NCBI GenBank assembly: GCA_045648445.1 | Contig: JAZRNY010000043.1 | Span: forward strand, 354 to 64,353 | Reading direction: 5' to 3' | Length of the DNA: 64,000 nucleotides | Source: Acutalibacteraceae bacterium | Lineage (GTDB): Bacteria > Bacillota > Clostridia > Oscillospirales > Acutalibacteraceae | Shown: one piece after another, positions 49,884 through 59,375 of the stretch | How the letters are laid out: each line of letters begins with the position of its first letter | How positions within the stretch are numbered: the first letter of the stretch is position 1 | Made by a program: the position numbers and the translations under genes | Notes under the pieces: model-generated | Databases searched by the model: none | What the model saw: only the letters and a program-made list of their open reading frames with translations | Told to the model about the DNA's origin: nothing

Positions 49884-50477
49884 CTAACCGATTGATTTTT
49901 TTATTTTCTTTCTTGCTCGTTGAAGAGCATTATTAACGTCCTTTGGACTGATGGATAATAAACCGGCAACTGCCGAATAACTTCCAAGCGTAAGATAAGC
50001 CGTCAAAACATCATATTCAAGATTAGATAACGCATCTTTAATTTTTTTATTAAGACACTCAGCACTTTCCTTATCGATAAAAGATGTTTCGGGATTTGCT
50101 GTTTCGAATAAATCATACTCATCAATATTAACAAAAACCGATTGTGGAATTTGTTTTTTGGCAGAAATTCTTCTTAACTCGGATAGTAAGGCACGTTTTA
50201 CGCATACTCCTACAAAGGTTGAAAATGTTGAAGACGTGAAATCATAATGATCTACGCATCCAGAAAGCGCAAGTAAACCTACCTGTAAAAAGTCTTCCCT
50301 ATCAGTTTCAGAACAGTTAAGTGCAGAAATATAACAATTTATAAGTGGCATATAAGCGGTACAAATGTACGAAAACAAATCTTTTTGACCTGAACGTATT
50401 TTTAAAATAAGTTCGTTTTCACTTATAACTTCATCATACAACGTATAAGTCTTCACATCCACTGCTCCAATGTACAT
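49884..50477 (-). CDS. sigma-70 family RNA polymerase sigma factor (small, group 4-like)
   Basis: 197 aa. Region-2-like DREDFLQVGLLAL...FSTFVGVCVKR and a C-terminal HTH. The start is uncertain (an alternative GTG lies 7 codons in). A TTGACA-17-TATTAT promoter lies at 50496-50524. Confidence 0.65.
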   Translation of the reverse strand: MYIGAVDVKTYTLYDEVISENELILKIRSGQKDLFSYICTAYMPLINCYISALNCSETDREDFLQVGLLALSGCVDHYDFTSSTFSTFVGVCVKRALLSELRRISAKKQIPQSVFVNIDEYDLFETANPETSFIDKESAECLNKKIKDALSNLEYDVLTAYLTLGSYSAVAGLLSISPKDVNNALQRARKKIKKSIG

Positions 50478-50598
50478 ATATTAAAGTACAGAGTAATAAT
50501 AACTCATTTGTAACGTAATGTCAAGTATATTTCTTATAATTTATACAATTTTTATCAAAATTTTGCATAATTTTTCTACAAAATTGCAAAATTTGTCA

Positions 50599-51870
50599 TT
50601 ATTCTATGCTTTTAATCGCTTCAATCACTTCTTTGTACATATATAAGGACCCCAGAGCAACTATCGGCAAGGAAGTTTCAATTGAATAATCTATTGCATT
50701 TAACAAAGCCGTTTTAACGTCATCAAATGCAAAGGCTTTAATGTTAATATTTGAAAAAACATCACTATATTCATTAGCCGAAAGTGCGCGTGGATTATTA
50801 GGAGTTATAGAGTAAACTCTATCACTCACCTGGGCTATTTTATTTGCAATGTAGTTATAATCCTTATCCTTCATAACACCTGTTAAAATTATAACTTTAC
50901 AGTCAAAATAGGTTTTTATGCTATTAACAGCAGCTTCTACACCCTCCGGATTATGACCACCATCTGCTATTATAAGAGGTTTTTTATTAACAACTTCAAA
51001 TCTTGCGTGCCATACAGTATCATATAGACCGCTATATATAGCATCGGATGATATTTTAAACCCACTTTCATTAAGTAACTCGACCGCGCTAATTACGTTA
51101 CAAGCATTAAAGGGTTGAAAAGCGCCTAATAGTTGTATTTTTATGTTGTTATATCCTTTATAATCAAAAACTGTACCATTTAAATCCATCGACCTTATAA
51201 TTAATGAACTTTTATCGGCAATAAAAAATTGAGCATTTTTCTTCACGGCTTCATCATATATTACATCTTGTGCGCAACGATCGTCACCACACCATAAACA
51301 CTTTCCGTTCACTTTTATTATGCCTGCTTTTTCACCGGCAATTTGCTTTATTGTATTACCAAGAAAAGATGTATGATCAATTGAAATACCTGTTATAACG
51401 GATAATACGGAACTATTAATAATATTTGTGGCATCGTAGCGTCCGCCCAATCCACATTCTAAAACAACAATATCGCATTCTTGTTTTTTAAAATACTCAA
51501 AAGCAATAGCAGTAATAAGTTCGAACTCAGTCGGCTTGTCATCCATTAAATCAGCAACTTTTTTAACTTTATCTGTAATCAAGCATAAATCATCGTTTGA
51601 AATTGATTTACCGTTAATAGATATACGTTCGTTGAATTCAAGAATATACGGCGAAGTATATAATCCAACTTTATATCCGCAAGCGCATAAAACATTTGAT
51701 AACATAGCGCAAAACGATCCTTTACCGTTTGTTCCGGCAACGTGTACAAATTTTAGCGAGTTTTGAGGATTGCCAATCCTTTCACACAGTTCAGCAATTC
51801 TTTCCAAACCCGGTTTACAAAAATAGTTACTTACTGAATGTATATATTTTAGTGTATCATTATAGTTCAT
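50599..51870 (-). CDS. folC: bifunctional folylpolyglutamate synthase / dihydrofolate synthase
   Basis: 423 aa. HVAGTNGKGS P-loop and Mur-ligase architecture. Confidence 0.9.
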   Translation of the reverse strand: MNYNDTLKYIHSVSNYFCKPGLERIAELCERIGNPQNSLKFVHVAGTNGKGSFCAMLSNVLCACGYKVGLYTSPYILEFNERISINGKSISNDDLCLITDKVKKVADLMDDKPTEFELITAIAFEYFKKQECDIVVLECGLGGRYDATNIINSSVLSVITGISIDHTSFLGNTIKQIAGEKAGIIKVNGKCLWCGDDRCAQDVIYDEAVKKNAQFFIADKSSLIIRSMDLNGTVFDYKGYNNIKIQLLGAFQPFNACNVISAVELLNESGFKISSDAIYSGLYDTVWHARFEVVNKKPLIIADGGHNPEGVEAAVNSIKTYFDCKVIILTGVMKDKDYNYIANKIAQVSDRVYSITPNNPRALSANEYSDVFSNINIKAFAFDDVKTALLNAIDYSIETSLPIVALGSLYMYKEVIEAIKSIE

Positions 51871-51874
51871 CTTA

Positions 51875-52429
51875 TTACCTCTTTATCCTATCTATCTGCA
51901 TTTTAAAGCCTTTATTTTTAATCAATAAAATTAAAACAAAAGTCTCGGCAGCAAACACTATTGAATAATTTATTAATCTAAGTAAAACTGTCTCCATTAA
52001 CGGTGTATTATAATATAGCGCAAGACCAATTGATTTAATAACAACCGATCCGATTAAATGAGATACAAAACAAGAAACAGTCAGTTTTAAACCCAATGAA
52101 GTTTTATTAAATAAATTATACGTTACACCTGAAATAAAACCAATAAAAGCAGCGCCTATGGTTAATATAGGAATTATATTATAACCACGCAAAATACAGC
52201 CAATGATATCCGCGCAAATACCGGTAATCATTCCGGCAAATGGGCCAAACACAACACCCGCAAGTATGATGGTAAGATTTTCAAAACTTATTCTTAAAAC
52301 TTCACCAATAGACAAAGCAAGAAATTTTCCCGATACAATACTTATTGCCACAAACAGTGCTAAACAACACAACACTTTTACATTTTTTAGTTGTTTAATT
52401 CCAAAAAAATCATAACTATTTTTAGGCAT
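51875..52429 (-). CDS. folT: folate-family ECF transporter S component
   Basis: Start at ATG 52429 (GGAAGGAGGA RBS). About 184 aa with 5-6 TM helices. Preceded by a THF riboswitch and followed by folC. Confidence 0.8.
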   Translation of the reverse strand: MPKNSYDFFGIKQLKNVKVLCCLALFVAISIVSGKFLALSIGEVLRISFENLTIILAGVVFGPFAGMITGICADIIGCILRGYNIIPILTIGAAFIGFISGVTYNLFNKTSLGLKLTVSCFVSHLIGSVVIKSIGLALYYNTPLMETVLLRLINYSIVFAAETFVLILLIKNKGFKMQIDRIKR

Positions 52430-52484
52430 AAAAAAATCCTCCTTCCCCACATCAGCAAAGAAAGAAGACAAACATTCAATCTGT

Positions 52485-52579
52485 TGAAGCGGGATGCAAA
52501 AAACAGACCGCAACCAATGGTTTTCGTCTAACCGGCAACTCCCCGTCCCGTCAGCACTTCACGCCTGAATTTTTACTCT
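52485..52579 (-). promoter_or_regulatory. THF (tetrahydrofolate) riboswitch
   Basis: The minus strand reads AGAGUAAAAAUUCAGGCGUGAAGUG...GGGACGGGG...CGAAAACC...GCGGUCUGUUUUUUGCAUCCCGCU. This matches the conserved AGAGUAG..GCGU.AAGUG...UUGCAUCCGCU core as I remember it from the published THF riboswitch sequence. Confidence 0.8.
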
Positions 52580-52722
52580 TCAAAATTAATTTACGAAAAT
52601 AATTATAATTACTTTATTATATTTTGTCAAGAAATATTGTTTTTGTGGCAGAAATTGCAAATTGGTCATAGTATATATTGAGTTTTAGGAAATCTAAGAC
52701 TAATATTTTAAGGAGGATTTTA

Positions 52723-53490
52723 ATGGCAGACTACAATTTTAAAGATGCAGTTTGTATTGATGCCGGCAGAGTTTATGACTCGTGTTGCGACAGAGATTGT
52801 ATCGAAGATTTAAGATGTTATTTTTCAAAAGAAAATCAAAACCTTATAGATGACGCAATAAGCGTAAAATTAAAAAATGCTGAAGTACTTAACGTATACG
52901 TAGACGTAGAACCTGTTAATTTTAACCGCGGTTTTTACTCATGTGATTTAACTTTTTTCTTTCTTTTACAGTTAGAAATTTTCACATCACCCCACTCGTT
53001 GCCAACTGATATCCGCGGAATAGCAACATTTAACAAAAAAGTAATTTTATTTGGCAGCGAAGGCACCGCAAAAATCTTTTCGAATTTAACAACGGTAGAA
53101 AATGCTCCTGACACACAGTTGCCCGAAACAAGAAATTCACCACGCTGTGTTGTTCAAACAGTTGATCCTATTCCTCTATCTGCTAAAATTTGTGAAGAAA
53201 AACGTCATAGCGAAAACTGTTGTTGTATTCCAAAATGCATCTGCGATGCTGTTGGCGGAATAAACGTTGAAGCCGAATGCAAGAAAAACGTTTACGTAAC
53301 TATCGGTTTATTTACAGTAGTACAACTTATTCGAAACGTTCAAATGTTGGTACCCATTTACGATTTTTGTATTCCCGAAAAACAATGTTGTGATAATTGC
53401 GCTGCTGACGAACCATGTGACGTATTCAGACGCATCGAATTCCCAACCGAAGATTTCTTCCCACCTTCAATCAACAAAGAATGTGAATAA
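52723..53490 (+). CDS. cysteine-rich hypothetical protein (255 aa, 20 Cys); candidate spore-coat/exosporium component
   Basis: Start at ATG 52723 (AAGGAGGA RBS). Cys clusters: SCCDRDC, NCCCIPKCIC, QCCDNC. A terminator lies at 53494-53516. Confidence 0.6.
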   Translation: MADYNFKDAVCIDAGRVYDSCCDRDCIEDLRCYFSKENQNLIDDAISVKLKNAEVLNVYVDVEPVNFNRGFYSCDLTFFFLLQLEIFTSPHSLPTDIRGIATFNKKVILFGSEGTAKIFSNLTTVENAPDTQLPETRNSPRCVVQTVDPIPLSAKICEEKRHSENCCCIPKCICDAVGGINVEAECKKNVYVTIGLFTVVQLIRNVQMLVPIYDFCIPEKQCCDNCAADEPCDVFRRIEFPTEDFFPPSINKECE

Positions 53491-53553
53491 AATAAACGCC
53501 CCGAATGGGGCGTGTATAATTAAAACTCCTATTAATTTTTTTTGGAGGAAACT

Positions 53554-53814
53554 ATGCGCATAAAACTAAAATACAACATCAACTGTTATATAGCCAAAAA
53601 TTTAAATGAAATATCAAAAATTTTAGATATGCTAAGGTATAAAAATGCGCATTGCAGTAAACTTTTTTATAAATCAAATACCTATTACATTTTAAGCGAT
53701 AAATCAATCAACACTGCTTATAAAATTAATTCGAATTTTATAGGAGGTCTTATAGAAGAACACGCAACGCTGATTAGCGATAATGCGATAAATGAAGTGC
53801 TTAATTTATTATAA
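53554..53814 (+). CDS. small protein resembling only the C-terminal (ClpC-binding) domain of adaptor MecA
   Basis: 86 aa. Start at ATG 53554 (GGAGGA RBS). The pattern LFYKSNTYYILS ... LIEEHATLISDNAINEV resembles MecA LYSFENRYYLYV ... LEEYGKLIISEHALETI, recalled from memory. Confidence 0.4.
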   Translation: MRIKLKYNINCYIAKNLNEISKILDMLRYKNAHCSKLFYKSNTYYILSDKSINTAYKINSNFIGGLIEEHATLISDNAINEVLNLL

Positions 53815-54453
53815 CTTCTTAATTCCTTCTACGCGAGCAGTCATATCTTCGGCAGAAAAAATATAATTTCCTGCGACTAAAACGTCAGCACCTGCTTCTA
53901 CTGCAAGCGGTGCTGTTTCAACATTTATACCACCGTCAACCTCTAGCAAAACATCAAGATTTCGCTTTTTAATTTCTCTTTTTAAAGTCTTTAATTTATC
54001 AAGTGCCTCAGGCATAAATTTTTGACCGCCGAAACCAGGCTCAACCGACATAACGAGAACCATATCACAATAAGGAAGAAACTCAAAAATTTCTTCGGGA
54101 GAAGTACAAGGTTTTATTGTAAGACAAGATTTTACTCCCATACCCTTAATTTCCATAAGAGTTTCTTTAATAGGAGAACCAGCCTCATAATGAAAACCAA
54201 GATAATCGGAAACCTTGGCAAAATCCTTTATATATCTATGTGGTTGGTCAATCATCAAATGAACGTCACATAAAAGTTTAGTATGCTTTTTTATAGAAGA
54301 GATAACAGGAATGCCAAAAGATATATTTGGAACGAAATTGCCATCCATTACGTCTAGGTGAATCATATCCACCCCTGCATTTTCAAGTTTTTTTAAATCA
54401 TCAGATAATGTCAAAAAATCGGCAGTTAAAACCGATGGTGAAATTTTTGTCAT
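53809..54453 (-). CDS. rpe: ribulose-phosphate 3-epimerase
   Basis: Start at ATG 54453. ISPSVLTADF, HLDVMDG, and VDGGIN. Confidence 0.95.
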   Translation of the reverse strand: MTKISPSVLTADFLTLSDDLKKLENAGVDMIHLDVMDGNFVPNISFGIPVISSIKKHTKLLCDVHLMIDQPHRYIKDFAKVSDYLGFHYEAGSPIKETLMEIKGMGVKSCLTIKPCTSPEEIFEFLPYCDMVLVMSVEPGFGGQKFMPEALDKLKTLKREIKKRNLDVLLEVDGGINVETAPLAVEAGADVLVAGNYIFSAEDMTARVEGIKKL

Positions 54454-54500
54454 AAAAGCACCTCCATTCACAAATATTTTACATTAAAAAGCCAAATATG

Positions 54501-55784
54501 TCAATTTAAAATAACAATTATTTGCAACAGCATAACCGCTATTATAACTATTTCGACAATATATTTAAGTACAAAGCAAAAGGCATTTTTTATAAAATTT
54601 ATTGATATTTCTTTTTCCAAAAAACTTTCAATAACACTTTTGCCGTCAAGCATGCCAAAATTCACTGAAGTCAAAAACGCAGTTAAAGGAATAATCAATC
54701 CTTCTCCTATTAAAGAAATTATTTTATATAACGATGCAAAATCTTCTATGGTAATATAAATTGCCGGCAACAATATAACCGACAAACATATCAACAAAGA
54801 TTTTTTGCGTTTTATAGTGGATAATTTATTTAAAGCAGATACCGGAACTTCGATATATGAAACTGCCGACGTCAACGCCGCAAAAATTATCGCTAAATAA
54901 AAAAGTATTCCCAACAAATTACCAACTTTACCGTTTGCATCAAAAACTTTTTGCATAGTTATAAAAACAAGATTTGGTCCGCTTGAATTAATTGAATAAG
55001 TTAAAGATGCTTTTATAACCACTACCGATACAGTAATCGCAAATAAAGTATCTGCCACGCAAACCAGGCAAGCGCTTTTAAAAGTATTTTGATTATCGGG
55101 CATCATAGAACCGTATGTAATCATACTACCAACAGCAATCGATAGTGAAAAAAACATTTGGTCGGCTGAAATGGCAACAATTTTTAAATTTTCTTTAAAG
55201 CAAAAATCACTTTTTATTAAAAACATTTCTTTTAAAATTTGATGTGTGTTATCTTTTACCAACAAAACTACTGCCCATATAATAACAACAATCATTAATA
55301 TAGGCACAGTAATTTTATTAAAACGTTCTATACCTTCGTTTACACCTCTTAACACAATTTTGTATATTAAAATTACAAAAATAAAAGTTAAAACAAAAGT
55401 AAAGTCATCTAAAAACGGTACTTTTATAGATAAAAAATCAAAAACATTTTTAATCAAATAAGTTAAACACATCCCACCCGCTGCGGAGTAGTACATAAGA
55501 ATTATCAATGGCGAAATAACGGTTAAAAAACCAGTAAATTTAAATTTGGGGCTATTAATTCTATAAATGCTAATCAAATTCCCCTTAAAATATTTTCCTA
55601 AAATAAACTCAAGAGTTAAAAGAGTTACTCCTACAGTAAAAGCAAGAAAAAAATATGAATATAAAAAAGTACCTCCATAATTTTTAAGTTTAGACGGAAA
55701 CATCCAAATATTTCCTAAACCAACGGCGCCACCTATTGCTGATAATAAAAAACCTTCTTTAGATGCAAATTTGTTTTCGTTCAT
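54501..55784 (-). CDS. sodium-dependent transporter, NSS/SNF family
   Basis: 427 aa. The N-terminal GFLLSAIGGAVGLGNIWMFP motif is typical of NSS transporters. Confidence 0.8.
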   Translation of the reverse strand: MNENKFASKEGFLLSAIGGAVGLGNIWMFPSKLKNYGGTFLYSYFFLAFTVGVTLLTLEFILGKYFKGNLISIYRINSPKFKFTGFLTVISPLIILMYYSAAGGMCLTYLIKNVFDFLSIKVPFLDDFTFVLTFIFVILIYKIVLRGVNEGIERFNKITVPILMIVVIIWAVVLLVKDNTHQILKEMFLIKSDFCFKENLKIVAISADQMFFSLSIAVGSMITYGSMMPDNQNTFKSACLVCVADTLFAITVSVVVIKASLTYSINSSGPNLVFITMQKVFDANGKVGNLLGILFYLAIIFAALTSAVSYIEVPVSALNKLSTIKRKKSLLICLSVILLPAIYITIEDFASLYKIISLIGEGLIIPLTAFLTSVNFGMLDGKSVIESFLEKEISINFIKNAFCFVLKYIVEIVIIAVMLLQIIVILN

Positions 55785-55895
55785 TCAATAATCACCTAAA
55801 AATATATTTATATATAATAATAAAATACTTTTAGTTGATTTATTCACAATTTTCATATATAATATTGTAGACTTTAAACTAACGGAGGTTAGATA

Positions 55896-58220
55896 ATGCA
55901 AATTCCCCACTTAATCCGTAATTTAAAATTACCAGTTGTAGCACTTAGAGGAATTGTTGCCTTCCCTGCTTTACCCATACATTTTGAAGCCGGTAGAAAA
56001 TCAACTATAACCGCACTAAATTCCGCCATGGATAAAGACCAACTTGTATTTTTAGTTACTCAAAAAGATATACGTGATGAAGAACCAAACGGCGATCAAC
56101 TTTATACAATTGGTTGCGTTGCTCGAATTCGCCAGTTTTTAAAGGTTAACGATAAAAGCATAAAAGTTCTTGCAGAAGGTTTATATAGGGCTAAACTTAT
56201 TAATTACTCAAACACGGGAAAGGTTAATTACGCCGAAATTGAACGTGTTGATGAAGTTTATCCAAAACACAGTACCGCTTATCTTGAAGCCATAATGAGA
56301 AAAGTCAAAGACGAATTTGAACGCTATTCTATGATATTACCGGGCGGTATATCAAACGACATTTTACTTCAGGCTGCTGCCAATGATGAAATTGCCGGTC
56401 TTACCGATTATATCGCTTTTAATATTCCTGCACCCTTTGATGACAGACAGTTTATCCTTGAACAACTTAATCCGTATACACGCGCGAAAATGTTATTAAA
56501 ACTGTTGTCTAAAGAAATATCGTTACAAAAAATCGACAATAAAATAAGCGAAGCAGTAAAGGTTCAAATCGATGAAAACCAGCGCGAGTATTATTTAAAA
56601 GAACAAATTAAAGCATTAAATGAAGAACTTTATGGCGAAGTCGCTGAAGAAAGCGATGGGTACTTCGAAAAAATTCACAAACTTGACGCTAACGATACAG
56701 TTAAAGAAAAATTAATTACCGAAGCAGTCAAACTACAAAAAATGCCACAAGGTTCACAAGAAGCAGTGGTTGTACGAAACTATCTTGACGAATGTCTTTC
56801 TTTACCTTGGAATATAGTAACCCAAACACAAAATGATATTACGCGTTCTTCAAAAATTCTCGATAGAGATTTTTACGGTATGCCAAAAGTTAAAGAAAGA
56901 ATACTTGAAATGCTTTCGGTATACTCTCTTGTTGATGATATAAACGGACAAATTATTTGTTTATACGGCCCTCCCGGTGTCGGAAAAACCTCAATTGGAA
57001 AAACAATTGCTGAATGTATGGGCAGAAACTTTGCGCGTATATCGCTCGGCGGTATTAGTGACGAAGCAGAAATACGCGGTCATAGAAAAACATACTTAGG
57101 TTCTATGCCGGGTAAAATCATTTCAACAGTAAAACAAGCCAAAAGCAAAAATGCTCTAATTTTATTGGATGAAATTGATAAATTAGGTTCTAATTACAAG
57201 GGCGACCCCTCCTCTGCTTTGCTCGAAGTTCTTGACGGAGAACAAAACAACGCTTTTGTAGACCATTATATTGATTTGCCTTTCGATTTAAGCAAAACAG
57301 TATTTATAACTACCGCTAACTCCTTGGATACAATTCCAACTCCTTTAAGGGACAGACTTGAAATTATAGAGTTATCCAGTTATACTCGTGAAGAAAAGTT
57401 TAATATTGCTAAAAAGCATTTGATTAAAAAGCAACTTAAACGTCACGGACTTACCAACTCAGCATGTAAAATCACCGATAAAGCAATATATGATTTGATT
57501 GATTTTTACACAAGAGAAGCAGGTGTTAGAAATCTTGAAAGAAATATAGCTTCACTTTGCAGAAAAACAGCAAAAGAAATTGTAGAAAACAAATCCACCA
57601 GTATAAAAATCACTTCTGAAAAAGTTATTGAAATGCTTGGAAGACACAAATATAAACCTGAAAATATTCTTGATAACGATGAAATCGGTGTAATTAACGG
57701 TCTTGCTTGGACTTCAGTAGGTGGTGAAATTATGCAGATTGAAGTTTCAGCAGTTCCGGGCAGCGGTAAACTTGAACTTACCGGTTCCCTTGGTGACGTA
57801 ATGAAAGAATCTGCTCACGCTGCATTAACCTATGTTCGTTCACGTGCCGATAAGCTTGGCATTGACCCCGGTTTTTATAAAAATCAAGATATTCACATTC
57901 ACGCCACTGAATCCGCAATACCTAAAGACGGACCTTCAGCCGGCGTTACAATGACAACCGCTCTAATTTCTGCACTTACCGAAAGACCCGTTCGCAGAGA
58001 TATTGCCATGACAGGCGAAATTTCAATACGAGGACGAGTATTGCCAATTGGTGGATTACGCGAAAAATCAATTGCAGCATATAGAAGTGGCGTAAAAACT
58101 GTATTTATTCCTAAAGATAATCTTCCCGATCTTGAAGACGTAGATCAAATCGTCAAAGACAATCTTGAATTCATCCCTGTTTGTTATGAAGACGAAATAA
58201 TTGATAAGGCTTTGATATAA
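55896..58220 (+). CDS. lon: endopeptidase La (Lon protease)
   Basis: 774 aa. Walker A GPPGVGKTS and catalytic PKDGPSAGVTM. Confidence 0.95.
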   Translation: MQIPHLIRNLKLPVVALRGIVAFPALPIHFEAGRKSTITALNSAMDKDQLVFLVTQKDIRDEEPNGDQLYTIGCVARIRQFLKVNDKSIKVLAEGLYRAKLINYSNTGKVNYAEIERVDEVYPKHSTAYLEAIMRKVKDEFERYSMILPGGISNDILLQAAANDEIAGLTDYIAFNIPAPFDDRQFILEQLNPYTRAKMLLKLLSKEISLQKIDNKISEAVKVQIDENQREYYLKEQIKALNEELYGEVAEESDGYFEKIHKLDANDTVKEKLITEAVKLQKMPQGSQEAVVVRNYLDECLSLPWNIVTQTQNDITRSSKILDRDFYGMPKVKERILEMLSVYSLVDDINGQIICLYGPPGVGKTSIGKTIAECMGRNFARISLGGISDEAEIRGHRKTYLGSMPGKIISTVKQAKSKNALILLDEIDKLGSNYKGDPSSALLEVLDGEQNNAFVDHYIDLPFDLSKTVFITTANSLDTIPTPLRDRLEIIELSSYTREEKFNIAKKHLIKKQLKRHGLTNSACKITDKAIYDLIDFYTREAGVRNLERNIASLCRKTAKEIVENKSTSIKITSEKVIEMLGRHKYKPENILDNDEIGVINGLAWTSVGGEIMQIEVSAVPGSGKLELTGSLGDVMKESAHAALTYVRSRADKLGIDPGFYKNQDIHIHATESAIPKDGPSAGVTMTTALISALTERPVRRDIAMTGEISIRGRVLPIGGLREKSIAAYRSGVKTVFIPKDNLPDLEDVDQIVKDNLEFIPVCYEDEIIDKALI

Positions 58221-58221
58221 T

Positions 58222-58800
58222 ATGAATTATAATATTGCAGAATACGAAAAATCATTCGGCACTGCCGAACAACTCTTACAGTCAACAGTGCCCGAATATT
58301 GTTTTTCAGGTAGGTCTAACGTTGGTAAATCATCCTTAATTAATAAAATTGTTAATAGAAAATCTCTTGCAAGAGTAAGTTCCAGCCCCGGAAAGACTGT
58401 TACTATTAACCTATATAAAATAGATACCATACGACTGGTTGACCTACCCGGATACGGATACGCAAAGGTGCCTTTTGGAGAAAGAACCCGTTGGTCAGAT
58501 CTAATGGAAAATTATTTTAAAACGGGTAGAAATATTAAAATCGTTTTTCAGTTAATAGATATGCGTCACCCGCCTACCGATTTTGATATTTCTATGCTTG
58601 ATTTCCTTTATCAAATGAAAATCCCATATTGCGTAGTTCTTACTAAATCAGATAAACTCAATAAAACTGAATTTAACGATAGAATGAACAAAATCGTCGG
58701 CGAACTTGGCGTATATGGCAAAAATATTAGAATAATTCCCGCCTCAGCAACCAACGGTCAAGGCATAGACCAAATCAAAGCAATCCTTGAAAGCGAATAA
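58222..58800 (+). CDS. engB: ribosome biogenesis GTP-binding protein YsxC/EngB
   Basis: 192 aa. GRSNVGKSSLIN, DLPGYG, and TKSDK. Confidence 0.9.
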   Translation: MNYNIAEYEKSFGTAEQLLQSTVPEYCFSGRSNVGKSSLINKIVNRKSLARVSSSPGKTVTINLYKIDTIRLVDLPGYGYAKVPFGERTRWSDLMENYFKTGRNIKIVFQLIDMRHPPTDFDISMLDFLYQMKIPYCVVLTKSDKLNKTEFNDRMNKIVGELGVYGKNIRIIPASATNGQGIDQIKAILESE

Positions 58801-58869
58801 GCAAAAAATCTCGGTGTTTTTCACCGAGATTTTTTTATAACTAAAATACCTATTTATAATTTGCTACTA

Positions 58870-59238
58870 TTATGTAGCACTTATATCGTTATTTTGGTTT
58901 AATCCAAAACTAACAGATAATGCCATATCCACTTCGCCCATGCTTCTCAAATCTAGCGTTCCCATTTTTTCTTTCAATCGCCTTTTATCAATCGTTCTAA
59001 CTTGTTCAAGCAATACTATTGAATCTTTAGCGAGTCCGGATGCAACCGCGTTAACCTTTATATGAGTTGGTAGTTCCGTTTTATCGTGTTGACTGGTAAT
59101 TGCAGCGGCTATTACCGTAGGACTATATCTATTTCCAACATCATTTTGAACAATCAAAACAGGTCTAATTCCGCCTTGTTCAGAACCAATAACAGGGCTT
59201 AAATCGGCATAATAAATATCTCCTCGTTTTATGGTCAT
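58870..59238 (-). CDS. mazF: MazF/PemK-family type II toxin (mRNA interferase, EndoA-like)
   Basis: 122 aa. [31 protein letters not shown] and [13 protein letters not shown]. Confidence 0.85.
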   Translation of the reverse strand: MTIKRGDIYYADLSPVIGSEQGGIRPVLIVQNDVGNRYSPTVIAAAITSQHDKTELPTHIKVNAVASGLAKDSIVLLEQVRTIDKRRLKEKMGTLDLRSMGEVDMALSVSFGLNQNNDISAT

Positions 59239-59375
59239 TTATGTTTCACACTCCATTAGTTTGTAATTTTATTGTTTCCCTTTTTAAAATTTTTAATCAC
59301 TAACTAATACAATATATGTAAAATTTTTCAAACTGACCTAAAAATAAACCTGCAACTAAGTGCAGGTTTATTTTA

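Noticed and set aside
59239-59256. 5-codon ORF (MECET) upstream of mazF, considered as a candidate antitoxin
   Set aside because: It is far too short for a MazE, PemI or RHH antitoxin. It most likely just overlaps the mazF ribosome-binding region.
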